NCBI RefSeq assembly: GCF_006345805.1
Contig: NC_042997.1
Location: 147,870,001-147,934,000 of the forward strand
Direction: 5' to 3'
Length of the DNA: 64,000 nucleotides
Source of the DNA: Octopus sinensis
Lineage: Eukaryota
Part shown: positions 41,859 through 56,423 of the stretch, in pieces
How positions within the stretch are numbered: the stretch's first letter is position 1
Layout: every line of letters starts with the position of its first letter
Translations under genes and position numbers: made by a program
Notes under the pieces: model-generated
The model's database searches: none
What the model was told of the DNA's origin: nothing
Seen by the model: the letters and a program-made list of their open reading frames with translations, nothing else

Positions 41859-43239
41859 GCCGTCGGCAAACCACATTTATTTATAAGAAAAGGTTCGTAC
41901 GTATCTGGTATCAACAATGTTGAAAAGGATTTTATCTATAGGTATTCGCTTTCAAATATCTTTCATCGGAAGTAGAATCTGAACGTTTATCTAATATCTA
42001 TATTCACAGCATTGCTAAGCAATCCCTCTTTCTGATATAATCCAATCCGCTTATGTGGATCGTGATTGTTCAGTGACTGCCAATCTAAGTCTTAAAAGTA
42101 CTTTAGAGGCATGTCATTTACCATTGATATTTTCTCCGAAAGCCTAAGACGAGCTAAGTAGTAAGCTGAACAGAATAATTACACATAGAATTCGTAGACA
42201 TCTATGTGGCCTAAAACATGTATATATAAGCAATGACATTTAACCTTGAAAGAACATATAAGGACTAAGTGCTCATCATGTATTTTCTTGCTCATGTCAA
42301 GTTTGGTCTCAGTTAATATAGTACTGAATCATACTATAACTTGCGTTAAAACATATTTGGTTAGCTTATTTGGTTAGCTTATGTCTTACTTCAAAATCTT
42401 ATTTTCAATCTCAAACAAAATCTTAACCACTCCGTTTTCAGTTTATATTTAGCAACTCCAATTATTCTTAACATATGAAAATCAGATGAAATCGAATATA
42501 TTATTGGAAATAGCTATTAATTAAAGTAATATGGAAGAGTATTTTCTGTGTTAGACTCTAATCTTCCATACTTTTGATTGCATGATATCCTGCAATTTTC
42601 AGCACAGGTCTCATAAGCGATGCTTATGTGATATTACATTAATATATTTTTAGATTTTTAGCTTAAAATGTCATCGACTATTAAAACATTTTTTGTTCGT
42701 ATGTCATAATCATTTCAGTTGTTCAGTAGTTGTTGTCAAACGATGAACAGGGCTTAATTCCTTGTCATATTTCTCTGACGAATGTTGCATATAGTTGATG
42801 CAGCACATGTTTATATGCTATGGTGTTGGACATTTTTGCAAGGCAGTGTTGGTGAATAATTAATATGAGATGGGTTGAGATATAGTAAGAATGACGAGAC
42901 AAAGTGAGGGAAGATTATCATGCCATATGAGCATGATAGTTCATAGAAGGAGAAAATTAAATAGGTAGCGGAATCAGGATACATTATGTCAGTGGGCAAG
43001 TGATTGCAGCACGATAGTGAATATTTACCAATATGCTGAAATTGTATACTCTAGATGCAAATCTTATACATTTGCATTTAATAGTTTCACATATCCAAGA
43101 TATATGTGTCACACTCTAATGTGTATTACGACTGTGCGTTGTTAAAAACAGGCAACAACTCTGAGGTGTGGTGCGTTCTCATTCTAAACAAAACAAGTTA
43201 TTTATACGCAGCTTTAATTATATTACTTATCAACGAGTA

Positions 43240-43523
43240 CAGTATCGTAAAAGTTGTAAATATTTTAGTGGATATCATATAAAAACACTGTAGTAAGTAC
43301 CACTATAGTTGTAACTTCTAGATATACTGGTACTTCTTTATTTTGGTCATGATAAACTGGAGAGGATTGTTATGTCCATTCCGGAAGATAGCTGTAAGCT
43401 TTCTACTTTAGTTATTTCAGTATTAGTAACAATGATTTTTAGATACCATGACTTATAGCAACTCTATTTCTTTCAGCCCTCTGAAAAGTTGCAGCTAAAA
43501 TATTTACAACTTTTACGATACTG
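43240..43523. mobile_element. Tc1/mariner-type MITE (284 bp)
   Basis: Perfect 29-bp TIR CAGTATCGTAAAAGTTGTAAATATTTTAG (43240-43268 and 43495-43523), with TA on both sides. Confidence 0.9.
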
Positions 43524-43549
43524 TACTAAGTGAAACCAAGTAGCAACAC

Positions 43550-43596
43550 CAAATGGCGGTGCCCCAGCATGGCCACAGCTCATAAGCTGAAACTAG

Positions 43597-43628
<32 letters not shown>
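43550..43628 (+). mobile_element. LINE/SINE 3' tail ending in (AATC)n
   Basis: GGCGGTGCCCCAGCATGGCCACAGCTCATAAGCTGAAACTAG followed by (AATC)n. Confidence 0.6.
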
Positions 43629-44370
43629 TATATGGATGCCTTCAATTACGATCCACAATTTAAGGAATTCCTAAAGATTTTACTTTGTAATTGCTGTTAA
43701 ATACTGCTAACGTATCAGACTCATCCCTCACATTATTTTGCATTATTTTTCTGCTTGGTTGTGTAAAGCCAATATCTTTTACAGAAAGCTCTACTTACTT
43801 TTGCTATAACGAGCTACTCCAAATTCTAGTTACTATTAATTCCTTTTGAAAGCATTATTCTCTTTAAGATTTTTCTTTTATATTAATTCTGAAATTCTCG
43901 AATTGCAAAAGCGTCTGGTTGTGTATTTATAGGATTTCGCATTCCAATCACTTTCATGGTATCTTGTATCCCTAGACAACTTCTGACTTTCTCTAAAAGC
44001 TTTGAATCTCCCATGTCAAAGAAGAATAATTTTATTAGCTCTTAACCAGATACCGAAGAGATTGATAACACGCTTTTGCTTGAAATCACAAAATGCTTAG
44101 TCGATTTCCTTTTAGAATTGTTTCATTTCAATTTCTAAGTTACAATAACCGAATCTATTCCTCAGAATTTTTAAAGCTGCGTTCAAACCCGTATCAAATG
44201 CGTTGGAATATTTACTCCACTAAAGAAAACTCTGTAGACGCCCCAATTTTAAAAGTTGTACATCAAGCAAATTAATGTGAACATTGTCCGAAAGTTTCTG
44301 TTTAAATTAGAGTGGATCTTCAAAACTTAGGGCAGCCTCTAACATTCTATATATCGTGGTATACTAAACT

Positions 44371-44612
44371 GTAAAGGCGGTGAGCTGGCAGAAACGTTAG
44401 CACGCCGGGCGAAATGCTTAGCAGTATCTCGTATGGCGCTACGTTCTGAGTTCAAATTCCACCGAGGTCGACTTTGCCTTTCATCCTTTCGCGGTCGATT
44501 AAATAAGTACCAGTTACACACTGGGGTCGATATAATCGACTTAATCCGTTTGTCTGTCCTTGTTTGTCCTCTCTGTGTTTAGCCCCTTGTGGGTAGTAAA
44601 GAAAATGAAATA
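44371..44612 (+). mobile_element. SINE family A, young copy with 13-bp TSD
   Basis: Complete head and body. GGTATACTAAACT is duplicated at 44358-44370 and 44613-44625. Confidence 0.92.
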
Positions 44613-45494
44613 GGTATACTAAACTATTACATATTTTAGTAAAATATCATTTTTGAAAGAAAATATAGAAAACAATAGCTAATATAAACGTAAAGGAATA
44701 AGATTTTTATTTTATTTTAAGTCAGAAAGATCATTGAGTGTTTTCAAACAAGTTCACGATAAGTACATTCCCTCAACCAATTGTGCCACTTATGCTGATA
44801 ATACCCCTGAAAGAATCATATGCACCATATGATTTTGCATCTCTCTTCTCTTCAAATAACTAGCATCTCGGTAAATTAATTTAGAAATATAAAAATATTG
44901 CTTCATCTCTGTAAACTCCAATAAATATATTATTTCATAATTTACTGTAGACCAATATTCAGATGTGATATTTGTTGGGGAGTCACTCCGAAAATGTTTT
45001 ATATCTTTGTCGCTTCTTTACGAACAGTTTCACATGATATAGAATATTCATTGAAACATTGAGTTTTATTTAATTATGGAAGCATATATAATTAATAATT
45101 TCCACTATTAGCCAAAAACTATTCTTACAATGTAACATGTAGTCAATCAAAAATTCTTTTGATATAGTAAAACATATTTAAAAAAATTCCTACTAAAGAT
45201 AGCTTGTTAGAATATATCAACAAAAATATTTGAATTCAGTATTAAGATTTCTCTCAGAGTTCAGATTTACTTCTTTGTAGCAAAGGACCAATATGCTCTC
45301 ATTTCCATTCATCATACTGCAATATGCATACATATAAAAACATATAAAACTATTATGCATAAACATATACACATATAAAACGTCTCCCCATGCATAAATA
45401 TACAAACATACAAGACATCTGTTACAAACTCCAGTAGGCTCTGTTTGAAGTATTTTCTACAACATGCATGCATAAATAATCACACATAGAAATA

Positions 45495-45559
<65 letters not shown>

Positions 45560-45613
45560 CATACATACATACATACATACATACATACAAATAATACACA
45601 CACCATATATATA

Positions 45614-45658
<45 letters not shown>

Positions 45659-46049
45659 ATGTGTGCAGATTCGAAAGAGCCAATGCATGAAAGTTTATTC
45701 CTATTAACAACCATAAAATAATTCAATTTTTATCAAAACGTTAACATTAAATTATGTTTTGAAAAATTACATAAAACAGAATTATGCACTCATATATTGC
45801 CAAAGAGTCATATAAATAAGCATTGCGATAGGGCGCAGCAGTCATATAAACACATGCAAATATTATCAGACACACATACACCGTCGCATACATGTAGAAG
45901 AATACAACCATGCTCCCTTGTAAAGCATATATATATATATATATATACATACATTAGGTTTTATACATACCGACAAACATAATTATTTGTACACAGATAC
46001 GCACAAGCATACATAGACACACATATATGTACACTGACATACACACACA

Positions 46050-46122
<73 letters not shown>

Positions 46123-47152
46123 AATCAGTTTAGGTGTCTTTGAAGTTTGAAATATTGCGGTTGTTGTGAGGGGAGAATTTTCCGCTAAAGTGGCTTCGCT
46201 GAACGATGAAAGATAACCGAGAAAATAATAATTTTCAATGATGGGAAATTTTTATGATCAATCGAATCGAAATCAATAGAGAAATAAGTGTTATATGAAA
46301 GCAATATACGTGCGCTGTTGCAAGCATATATGCAGCAGATTGTTGTACATTTCTCTATTACTAATGCAGTTGTCCTAACCTCCCCCTCTCATATAAACTT
46401 ACCCTTTATAAATTACAATTTAGCATTTGTAGCTTTTATAAAATAGAATTCGTATTAAACAGATATGATCAATCTTTTATGAGCGACGTCCGGACAAGTA
46501 TAAACACCTATATAGATCTCATGATAGTACCTGTGTAATAAAGTTTTGCTATTACACATATGTTTTTATCTGTTCTATTAGATTTATATTTATTTCTAGT
46601 CATTCCCCTGAATCACACTATGTTTATTAGTGAGCTAATATAACAAATCATTAGATGTACATAATGTATGTAATTCAATTCTTACGTTTATATCGAGTAA
46701 TTTTGATTTCTTTTGAATCTAAGGGAAAATAATTGCCCATAAGCTATATATGCAGATATAGTGGCAAATTTGTTTTCATTTTTATATTTAGTTTAAAGCA
46801 TTCTTATATGTTTAAGATATCTTGTCATCTTCCTATATTGCACATAATTGGTTTAATAATTCACTTTTGCTTCGAATTAAATATTTACCAATTAGCCTAT
46901 ATTTGGGAATGTTCTCTGGTTATCATTTACTGATATGTGATTCAGTTCTGGACACAGTTTGCATTATGTTCTGTACGGATCTATTCGCTCTCGCTCTAGT
47001 CACCATATGCTCAAATATTCTGCGTCTTTGAACTGAATTTAATATCTGCCAGTTATTGATTAGCGTATTACTCTGTGGCTTTGAGACAGTGTGCGACAAT
47101 GTGTCATAAGGTTTCTTGAATGTGTGACGTAATTATGTACATACATACATAC

Positions 47153-47516
47153 GTTATTGGGACACTGCAATATGTAACACGCTGACTAAATACCAATCTT
47201 AAGAATTTAGGCTTCTCAAAACCACAAAGGAGAAAGCTGATTCGAAGACTACAGATCCAAACAATCACAGGAACTGCTAACTTTCCAAAAGATTATCATT
47301 TAAGTGTATATGAGCATGTCTATACGTACAAGTATATGCATGAGAAGACATACGTATCACAAAACATACAAAGCTGCACGCTTACATACATACATACAAA
47401 AATATCCTGTTGATGTTGTTGAAATTACAGTGAACGAGCCTTGAACGGAGGTTAGAAACCGGCTCTTCCTCTATTACAAGAAATCTTGAAATAAAAAAAT
47501 AGTGACAAACATACAT
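47153..47516 (+). mobile_element. R4-clade LINE 3' end associated with (CATA)n
   Basis: VIGTLQYVT..LNTNLKNLGFSKPQRRKLIRRLQIQTITGT followed by a 3' UTR. TACATACATACATAC lies upstream and ACATACAT downstream. Confidence 0.65.
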
Positions 47517-47519
47517 CGC

Positions 47520-48380
47520 AAAGGCATATTCAAAGGAGACAGCCTCTCTGTGATGTTGTTTATACTTTCTGTAAATCTCTTGTCATTTATGTTAAGGGAG
47601 TCTGAATGATATCTCACTGATTCACAAGGAAACAGAAATACCAAAATTACCCACTGTTTCTTTGTGTATGACTTAAAACATTAGGTAAAAAATATGCATG
47701 AGATGGAAATGAGAGTTTACCTAGTTACACCATTCTCAAAGGATATAGGGTTGCAATTTGGTCACAATAAATGTTATATGGTGGTGAAAAGGGGAAAACT
47801 ATAAACCAGACTAGCAACATCTCCATCAATGATTTCATTGTTTCCCTTGTATCTGACGAGGAATGTTACAGGTATTTAGGAGTAGATGAAAATATAACTC
47901 ACAATGGCACCTGTAACACAACACGTCTCACTAAAGAATACTATAGTCGACTAAAGAAAATTTGGACCTCAGTACTCTCTGCATTCAATAAAACAGTGAC
48001 CCACAATGTGTTTGCAGTGCTAGTACTCATTCAACATTTGGGCTGCTTCACTGGACGCTTGATGAGATCCGAGCCATTGATATGAAAGCCCGAAAAATAA
48101 TAGCAAACACATAATTTCCACATAAACAATGGCGTAGATCACTTCTACCTGAAACGTAAACAAGGCGGCAGAAACTTAACATCGATCCAAAATGCCTTTG
48201 AATGTCGCATCATATCCCTTCCACAATATTTTTTAACCACCAAGTGTCGAAGTGTATCTCTTGACCAAGTTTGCATACATGAGGTTGACATCATCATAAG
48301 ACTTGGAAGGCAGCTCCTTGAGCAACACTCTTTGTCTGATAACCTAGAATATTAAAGACCAGTAAGAATAGCATAACACC
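47520..48380 (+). mobile_element. R4-clade LINE RT fragment
   Basis: GIFKGDSLS (cf. GIFQGDSLSP), HCFFVYDLK (cf. HLLYMDDLK), FSKDIGLQFGHNKC, YRYLGVDE, YLKRKQGGRNL. Confidence 0.88.
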
Positions 48381-50099
48381 TGCCAGGATTGAAGAGCTGA
48401 GGCAATTATGTTATAGGTACATATGGCAAAATGAGGAGATATTAAAGTTTAGGACCATAAGAAGCGGTTTTTGGCAAAGCACGTCATGCCATTACGCTAT
48501 TGATTTTATTTTGTTTGTGGTCTTTGAGAAATAAGTAAGTTTTTATTGTCTCAAGCAGTCTAACTTCTATTGCTTTCACTTGAAGAAAGTAGCTGTGTAC
48601 ATGTAGTTGAGTCTACACGTCTCTTAACTTAGCATTCGGCTCTGTTCAAAGCATAAAATGTAGTTAATTTTGTTAATGTCATTAATTAAACTTTACAGAA
48701 GCAGTTTTTCACTAGGTACCTTGGATGTTTCTTGGCTTATGCTATGAAGTGCCTAGGGACATAATCTAATCTTTTAATCTCGGCAAGTATGTATTACTTG
48801 TGAGTTATATTTCATAAACAATTTCTGTAAAATATATGATTTATTGCGTTTTGAGAATACTTTAATGAAATTAAAATTAACGTTTTACTCTCAGTTCGAA
48901 GCAAATTTCGTGCATTAGGTTATTACAATAATCTTTTCATTTCAGCAAGATGCAATTCGTTATAAGTATACAAGTGCCATCATGTAACAATATTCACAGC
49001 ATGTATGAAACATACATTTTAATGTAATTATATTTCCGTAATTAGTCTATATGATCAAGTTGTTTACGACATGTTTTAATGATTCACTTGTAGGACTGTA
49101 AACATATTCTGATTCGGCTGTCCAACGCATTAAGTAGAATTAAATATATCACAATATTAAAATGACAGATGTAGAAAGCTATTTATGAAATCAGGATATT
49201 CTCAGATGACATTCAGTCTTTCAGAGCAACGATTAGTTTATAGAACATATATACTTAATATCATGTCTCGATAATATATTGCGCAGGAACGCTAAGTAAT
49301 TTGCAGATGTTGCACCACGGCAATCGAAGATCGTTAGAAACATGTATAATATTACTTATTTCGATATTATATAAAACACGTCCATGGGATTAAACATATC
49401 CATACGTTTAATAACTCAAGAATTATTTATTTTATGAAATATTGTATCAAAATATGAAAAGAAATGTTTCATCATTGTGATGTTTTGTAAATCTCATAAA
49501 CCGAACGAAGGGATGTATTCTCATTTCTTACGCGTGAATCTCAAAGAATAACACAACTCGCTATTTAGTCGTCTGATCCAATAATGGAGTAAATTTACTG
49601 TTTTTTCTACTCCACAGATGTCTTTACACTTCAAGATGCATCAATTCCTGATTACCAATTTTATAGGAACAAATAAGTTATAAATCTCATTCTCCTGTTG
49701 AAATAAGGTAAGAGCAAATTAAGTTACATAGTCCAATATATCTACGTAAAAAGGAACTCCACCTCGAGACACTCTATTCACGAGGAGTACAATGGCAAAT
49801 ACTCCTCTCTTCTCCGTATTCATCCACCTACAAGCTTTATCCGATTCTGATAAAAGAAAAATAAAACAGGATGCAAACTCTTGAAAAGCTCTCACCTTCA
49901 CAGAAAAGCTTACGGATGGCCAGTCCTCTCAGCGAATTTTGAACTCGCTGACCAGTGGGATATATCTATCATTTTAAAAAAAATCAAAAAGCAAGCCACC
50001 AGTTCTGGTTAGCCATGAAGCGGGGCAACATACGACAACCAGGCAGTAGTAGATGATACAGAAATAGATAGATAGATAGATAGAAAGATAGATAGATAG

Positions 50100-51290
50100 G
50101 TTTTGCCACTTTCACCCGACCCATCTGGAATAGCTTCTCGGTACATTTTTGGGTAATGCAAGCGAACCTGTTCGTCATCTTTTCTCAGTTCTCGTCCACA
50201 TAGAGGTGTGGATCAAAGTAAACCCTGAGCAATTTAACGTATCCATTCATACTTGAATTTTCCAGGACGACTTCAGGTTATCTTTTCCTCCTGCTACCGT
50301 TTTGTATTTCCTTAGAATAGTAACGATCGCCTTGACAATTTTGGTATCAGACACTATTACGGTGACGTCGTCCACGTATGGAAACATGAATTTTCTGCAC
50401 CCTAGATCTCGTGGTATGCTTCTCGAAATCTCCAACTAATGCTTCAAAGACATTACGTACAAAAGGGGAGAAGTGGGTACTGTTGATGGGCAGATTGTAT
50501 GATTACGAACTATTCCAATTGGGAACAATTTACTCTGATCGTCTATCAAAATATATCTACCAACAAGACCAGCCGTACAAAGTGCCAACCTCTTTGCCAA
50601 TACCTTGGCATAAATTTTGAACTCTTCATTTAATTTACCTGTCTTACGGGCCGACAATTATCAATATCATTGCTCTCGTTCAGGTCTTTTCTAAGCTGCA
50701 CCACAATACCATTTTTCGCAGGACTAGGCATTCTCTCGTTCAGCTGCCAGTTGCAGTAGACGTATACATAAAGACCACCGAACGATTTGGAATATGAAGA
50801 CAAAGCTTGTAGGAGAGAGCTTTAAACCCCAGAATATAATTAACTGTTATCAGCCTTCTGCAGAACTTTGCGTCTCTATCCAAGTGCCAACGTAGCCGCC
50901 GAGAAGAGAAGTAAAGTCCACATCCATCAGCGGTTCACCGTCCCCATAAACAATTGATCAATGAACCACTGAAAGTTCGCACGTATCCGTTTCGAATCGA
51001 GTATTACGCGCCCCTCTCAATCCGTCAAGGCCCAAATGGGGATTTTTTCCACATTGCACCTCTCTCACTCGGGCCCGTTGAATTCCGCATGCATGAGAGA
51101 ACGTGTCACAGCTCTAACAACGCAACTATTGAAGAAACCGTCAATCTCTCCAACAGTACGTCGATCACAATACTCTTTCTAAACGCCTCTTCTATGTTAC
51201 TAACTAGCTTCTACGTTAGAATTTTCTTTTCCAATTTCCTAACTAAACCTTGTCGATTCCAATCTCATATCAACTTACCGTTGTAAACAA
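50100..51290 (-). mobile_element. Tx1/L1-clade LINE ORF2, decayed
   Basis: FPYVDDVTVIVSD, EFKIYAKVLAKRLAL, YKTVAGGKDN. Collinear with the 25170-26850 element. Confidence 0.85.
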
Positions 51291-51399
51291 ATTTATTAAA
51301 TGTAATTTAATAAAACGATTGGAGACGACAGAACGTACGTCCATCGCAAACGATAAAAATACCACAAATGATTTTTAATTTCTGCTCAAAACTTTCCAA

Positions 51400-51562
51400 G
51401 TGCCGGTCGATGTAATCGACTGCAGTACTTGGCAGATGCCTTATTTTATTGACTCCATAAGTATGAAAGTCCAAGTTGAACTTAGGGGTATTTGAAAGTA
51501 GAAAGTAAAGAGGTAGAGGTAATGATACTAAAGCATTTCCTTGAAGCACTAAAAATTCTGAA
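51400..51562 (-). mobile_element. SINE family A, old
   Basis: GTCGATGTAATCGAC...TTTATTGACTCC...ATGAAAG...ATTTGAA...AAGCATTT. Confidence 0.5.
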
Positions 51563-51661
51563 AGGTCACCTTATTCATAACAACAACGACGACTAAGACG
51601 ACGATGACAACAACAACAGCTGTAGAAATAACAACTACAACAGCAGTATTATATACTAACA

Positions 51662-51913
51662 CGCCAAGAGTTGCTGAAGTATAGAACAAACTGCCGGCAT
51701 CAGTTGTTAGTTGTCAGAGAACTGCAACCTTCAAAACTTCCATGCTTCCTGAGATTCGCCAACACTACACCTGATTTTTCTCCCCTCCATACACACACAA
51801 GCATGTATCTGACTCATACACTGTTCAATTTCCAAACATTTGTACATTACTGCATATTCTTTATACGCACTTTTGACAAGTTGTGGTGCACCTGAGCACT
51901 GTATACAATAATT

Positions 51914-51990
<77 letters not shown>
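51662..51990 (+). mobile_element. CR1-like LINE 3' end with (ATT)n tail
   Basis: RVAEV*NKLPASVVSC..TATFK (cf. RVxxxWNxLP..V...FK), a short UTR, then (ATT)n at 51917-51990. Confidence 0.7.
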
Positions 51991-51994
<4 letters not shown>

Positions 51995-52827
51995 CGATAA
52001 CAAAATCAAGATATTCGGCTTGAATAGAAAGTAAACGTTGGACTTAATAACTGTAACCCCAGTCATTCTGTCTATGTATCTAAGATGCTTCTAGATTATA
52101 CGAAGAGACACGCAGTGACACACGCACACACACGCACACACACACACACTCACACACACTCGTGTGGACAATCAAATATATACATATACACGCAAACTTT
52201 ATCTCGATTGTTCTTCAGCTCGTTTCAGCCATCTTCACGGTTTAAAACCATGCCGGTGCAAGGCTTTGAAAAATCTCCCGTTGCGAAGACTACTATTTAT
52301 TCTAATACAATGAAACAAAAAAATAATATGACCACTAAATAAATCAGCAGAGAAAGAATAAAGTACACATAATACATCCAACTGGTAGTTCTGTTTAGCG
52401 GTTGGGTAAATTCCTAATTTCAATTAGCAAACTTTTAGTTGTATTGATGCAATATTGTGTGCAATCATTATAGGCAAGTTGTTGATGCATCGTTTTTATT
52501 TGATGATGAAAGGCGTAGCAATCACTGTAAAACGTTCATGCACTGCAGTGATCTCCCGCAAGGTTCAAGGAATCACTTTCCACTTTCCTCTCTTCTGCAT
52601 GAAGTTATGTAAATATAAAATACACAAGAGTATTCTCAATTTCGTTATCTCTTTCACTCATTCTTTCTTTTCTTTCTTTTTTTTGTTTTTGATTTTTTTT
52701 TCTACTTCAGTCTCTGACTGTCTCCTCTTCATTCGTGCCTAATTCAATGCGCACCACTCTTTCTCTCTGACTCTTTATTTTTTCTCTCGAACACTCTATT
52801 CTGTCTTTCACTTATTTCTCCTCCTAC

Positions 52828-53330
52828 GACTCCTCCTCCTTTTTCATCATCATCATCATCGTCGTCGTCGTCGTCGTCATCGTCCTCGTCATCATCATCA
52901 TCCTCATCATCATCAGCATCATCATCATCATCATAATTCTTCACTTCTTTTCTTCATTGTCATCGTCTCTTCGTTTTTCTTCATCTCTTCTTCCTCATTT
53001 TTATTTATTTCTTCACTTATTGTACCTTGTCTTCCTTTCTTCTTCTTCTTCTTCTTCTTCTTCTTCTTCTTCTTCTTCTTCTTCTTCTTCTTCTTCTTCT
53101 CCTCTCCTCCTCCTCCTCCTCTTTCTTCTTCTTCTTCTTTTCTTCTCTCTCCTCCTCCTCCGTCCTTCTTCTTCTTCTTCTTTTCTTCTTCTTATCCTCC
53201 TCCTTCTTCTTCTTTTCTTCATGAAGCCTTATCATCATCGTTGTCGTTGTCGTCGTCGCCATTGTCGCCGTTGTCGCACCCTCTTCTTCTTTCTCTTTCA
53301 TCTTCTTTCTCATTCTACGCATCTTTCATT
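52828..53330. repeat. Compound (TCA)/(TCG)/(TTC)/(TCC) microsatellite
   Basis: Direct reading. It explains the poly-D/E/R/K ORFs. Confidence 0.95.
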
Positions 53331-53629
53331 TTCTCTGTCTCATATCTTCAGGGGTCTTTAGTACGTTTCAGCTATCATGAAGACAGCCATACTAGAGCAA
53401 TGCCTGCATTGTATATATCGACATTCTGAATGTATAATTAATCAAAGCGCCCTCTCTCTCTCTCTCTGCTTCTCTCATTTTCTCTATCTCTCTCTCCCTC
53501 TCACCTTCCCTCCATCTATCTATTTCATTCCATTCTTCAATAGAAAGCTATCTACATGTTAAGGAACGGACCAGATTTCCTGGACATCATTATAATAGGC
53601 ATGGTAGCCACCCTTATATATTGATTTAA

Positions 53630-54010
53630 ATTGTGGTACAAAGCAAGCAATTTCTAGGGAAGGAGTAAGTCGATTACATCGAACCCAGAGTTCAATTGCT
53701 AACTTTTTTATCGACTCCGAAAGGATGAAAAGCAAAGACGATCTCAGCGGAGCTGGAACTCAAAAACGTAAAGGCAGACGAAATACCGCTAAGTATTTTC
53801 CCCGGCGTGCTAATGCTTCTGCCGACTAATCACCATTATTATTGTTTCACATTTTGGCACAAGTTCAGCAATTTTGGGTGAGGGATAATTCGATTATATC
53901 GACCCCAGTGTTCAAATAGTACTTATTTCATCAACACCGAAAGTATGAAAGGTAAAATCGACTTTAGCGGTAATTGAACTCAGCACGTAAAGGTGGACAA
54001 ACCCCCATTA
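53630..54010 (-). mobile_element. Two adjacent SINE family A copies
   Basis: GTCGATTACATCGA...CCGAAAGGATGAAA...GAACTCA...GACGAAATACCGCTAAG at 53630-53830, and a second copy at 53850-54010. Confidence 0.85.
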
Positions 54011-54610
54011 TATATTATAGTAAGTACATCTGGATTTTGCAGAGATACATTTCCTGATGATTGTGTATGCGTGTATATGTGTGTATATCTGTGTGCGGTA
54101 GTATATCTCGGTACATTTGCTTCTGCATCTATGTATGAAAGTTTGGTCTCTTGGGGTGGTGCGAAATTTTCTACAAAAATTTAAGTTTCTGTTTCACAGC
54201 GTAAATGTAGTTGCGGCATAACAAGGATTTGGTTAAACACCTCTAAGTGCATGAGCGCCTTCGTGTCTGCCTCACTTCAATTTTATAAATATGCATATGT
54301 ATGGATGTCAGACTGGTAAATGGATCGTGGTGTACGTGTGCAATCATGCTTTCGCTTGTATGCGTGAATGTGAGTGTATGCGTGTATAAATGTTAGAATA
54401 TACGCGTACACACACATACACACACAATAACGCACACACACACACACACATATATATATGTGTGTGTGCATGTGGTGTGTGTGCATATGCGTGTGTACAT
54501 CATCATACATATATACAAACATATATAAATTTTGTATCGGAGAGTCCCCTGCCTATGGAGAGGAGGCTAGAGGTATGCGAGCCTGTGTGTGTATGCGTTT
54601 GTGTATATAT

Positions 54611-54652
<42 letters not shown>

Positions 54653-55254
54653 GTGTGTGTTTCTTAGCTTCCTTCTGTGCTTCACTTCACTTGTTTATGT
54701 GATTACATGACTGTTTTTATGTAATTTTCAAAACAGCATCCAAGAGCATAATCAACAGACTTAGTGAGAGTGCTGTCTGAGGAGACATGGTCGCTTAACA
54801 TTGCTTTCATAACAAAAGCTATCGAAATTACGGGTAGAGAATGAATACACACTGATGCACGCGCGCGCGCGCACACACACACACAGAGGTACACACATGT
54901 ACACAAACACGCACATACACACAGGCACAAACACACAAACACAAAAATGCTTCTCATCAATTAGTCTCAATGCTTAATGTATTCGAAAACAAAACCTGAT
55001 TCCAGCAGTGACAATTATATATACATAAAGAAAGCGCGCCATAAAATGACTATGATAACAAAGATACACAGACATACACACACACAAACAAAGACGTAGA
55101 AACACACACGTATATATATATATATATCTTGTTTTTATAAATGTATATGTATAGACATATGTGGGAAAGTTTATGTAATTCCTAGTAAATATTAGTTCTA
55201 GGCATGTAGTTGTTAGTTTTAAGCATATACACACGTACAAATAAGCATATATAT

Positions 55255-55352
<98 letters not shown>

Positions 55353-55508
55353 TGTACATATACATATGTACACACACATGCATATATAGGTTCGTACGTA
55401 AGCACACACAGACATAACACATATTTCTGTAGGTTTCCATCAGTCTATCAATCTATCAATGCATATACACACATGCATTTATATATATACATACATATAT
55501 CTACACAC

Positions 55509-55555
<47 letters not shown>

Positions 55556-56288
55556 GTGTGTGTTTATACATATATATATGCATATACATATACATACACT
55601 TATATAATTATTTACACACAGGTGTATATACACAAATATATACTCACATCCAAAGACATACATACATACATACATACATGCATACATACACATATATACA
55701 CGTACTACTATTACACATGTATCTGCATGGATGTCATCAAGTAATTACTATAATTTCATCAAAGCAACAAAATGAATTATAAATATTAATTTAGCGAAAC
55801 AATCTCACATGTAACTCGTGATCGTTTGTTGCTGTTTTTTTTTTTTTGTTTTTCATCTTCATACTACTTTCGTTAATGCACCCTTTTAAGTAATTGGATT
55901 CTTTCGATGCAAGTAACATACCGATGCCCTCTATCTCGATTTTCGTTTCTGTTTTTTTTTGTTTTTTTTTTGTTTTATATGCATTCTGTTTTCTTTTGTA
56001 CATCTAACATGGTGAAAAGAAACGTTAAGTGTCATCAGAAATGTCACATGAAGACTGTGTTGCCAAACTATTTCAAGCGTTTCGTGATACAAATGATATT
56101 AAATATTATCAAGTTGTTGCTGCTGCTGCTGCTGTTCCTTCGATTGTTCTCGATGATATTTCAGTATTATTAGTTGTCGTTATTGTTGTTTTACGTATTA
56201 TTGTTGTTTAACCAGAGGTAGGCGATGACCGACCAAGCAGTGGATGAAAAGTGCCTCACAACTGCATGAAATGAGTATTAATTTTTCT

Positions 56289-56385
<97 letters not shown>

Positions 56386-56423
56386 ATCTATATTAAGATT
56401 AATCGAGACGATGTCCGGTCATC

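Noticed and set aside
52744-53361. Acidic/basic low-complexity ORFs
   Set aside because: Trinucleotide microsatellite translations.
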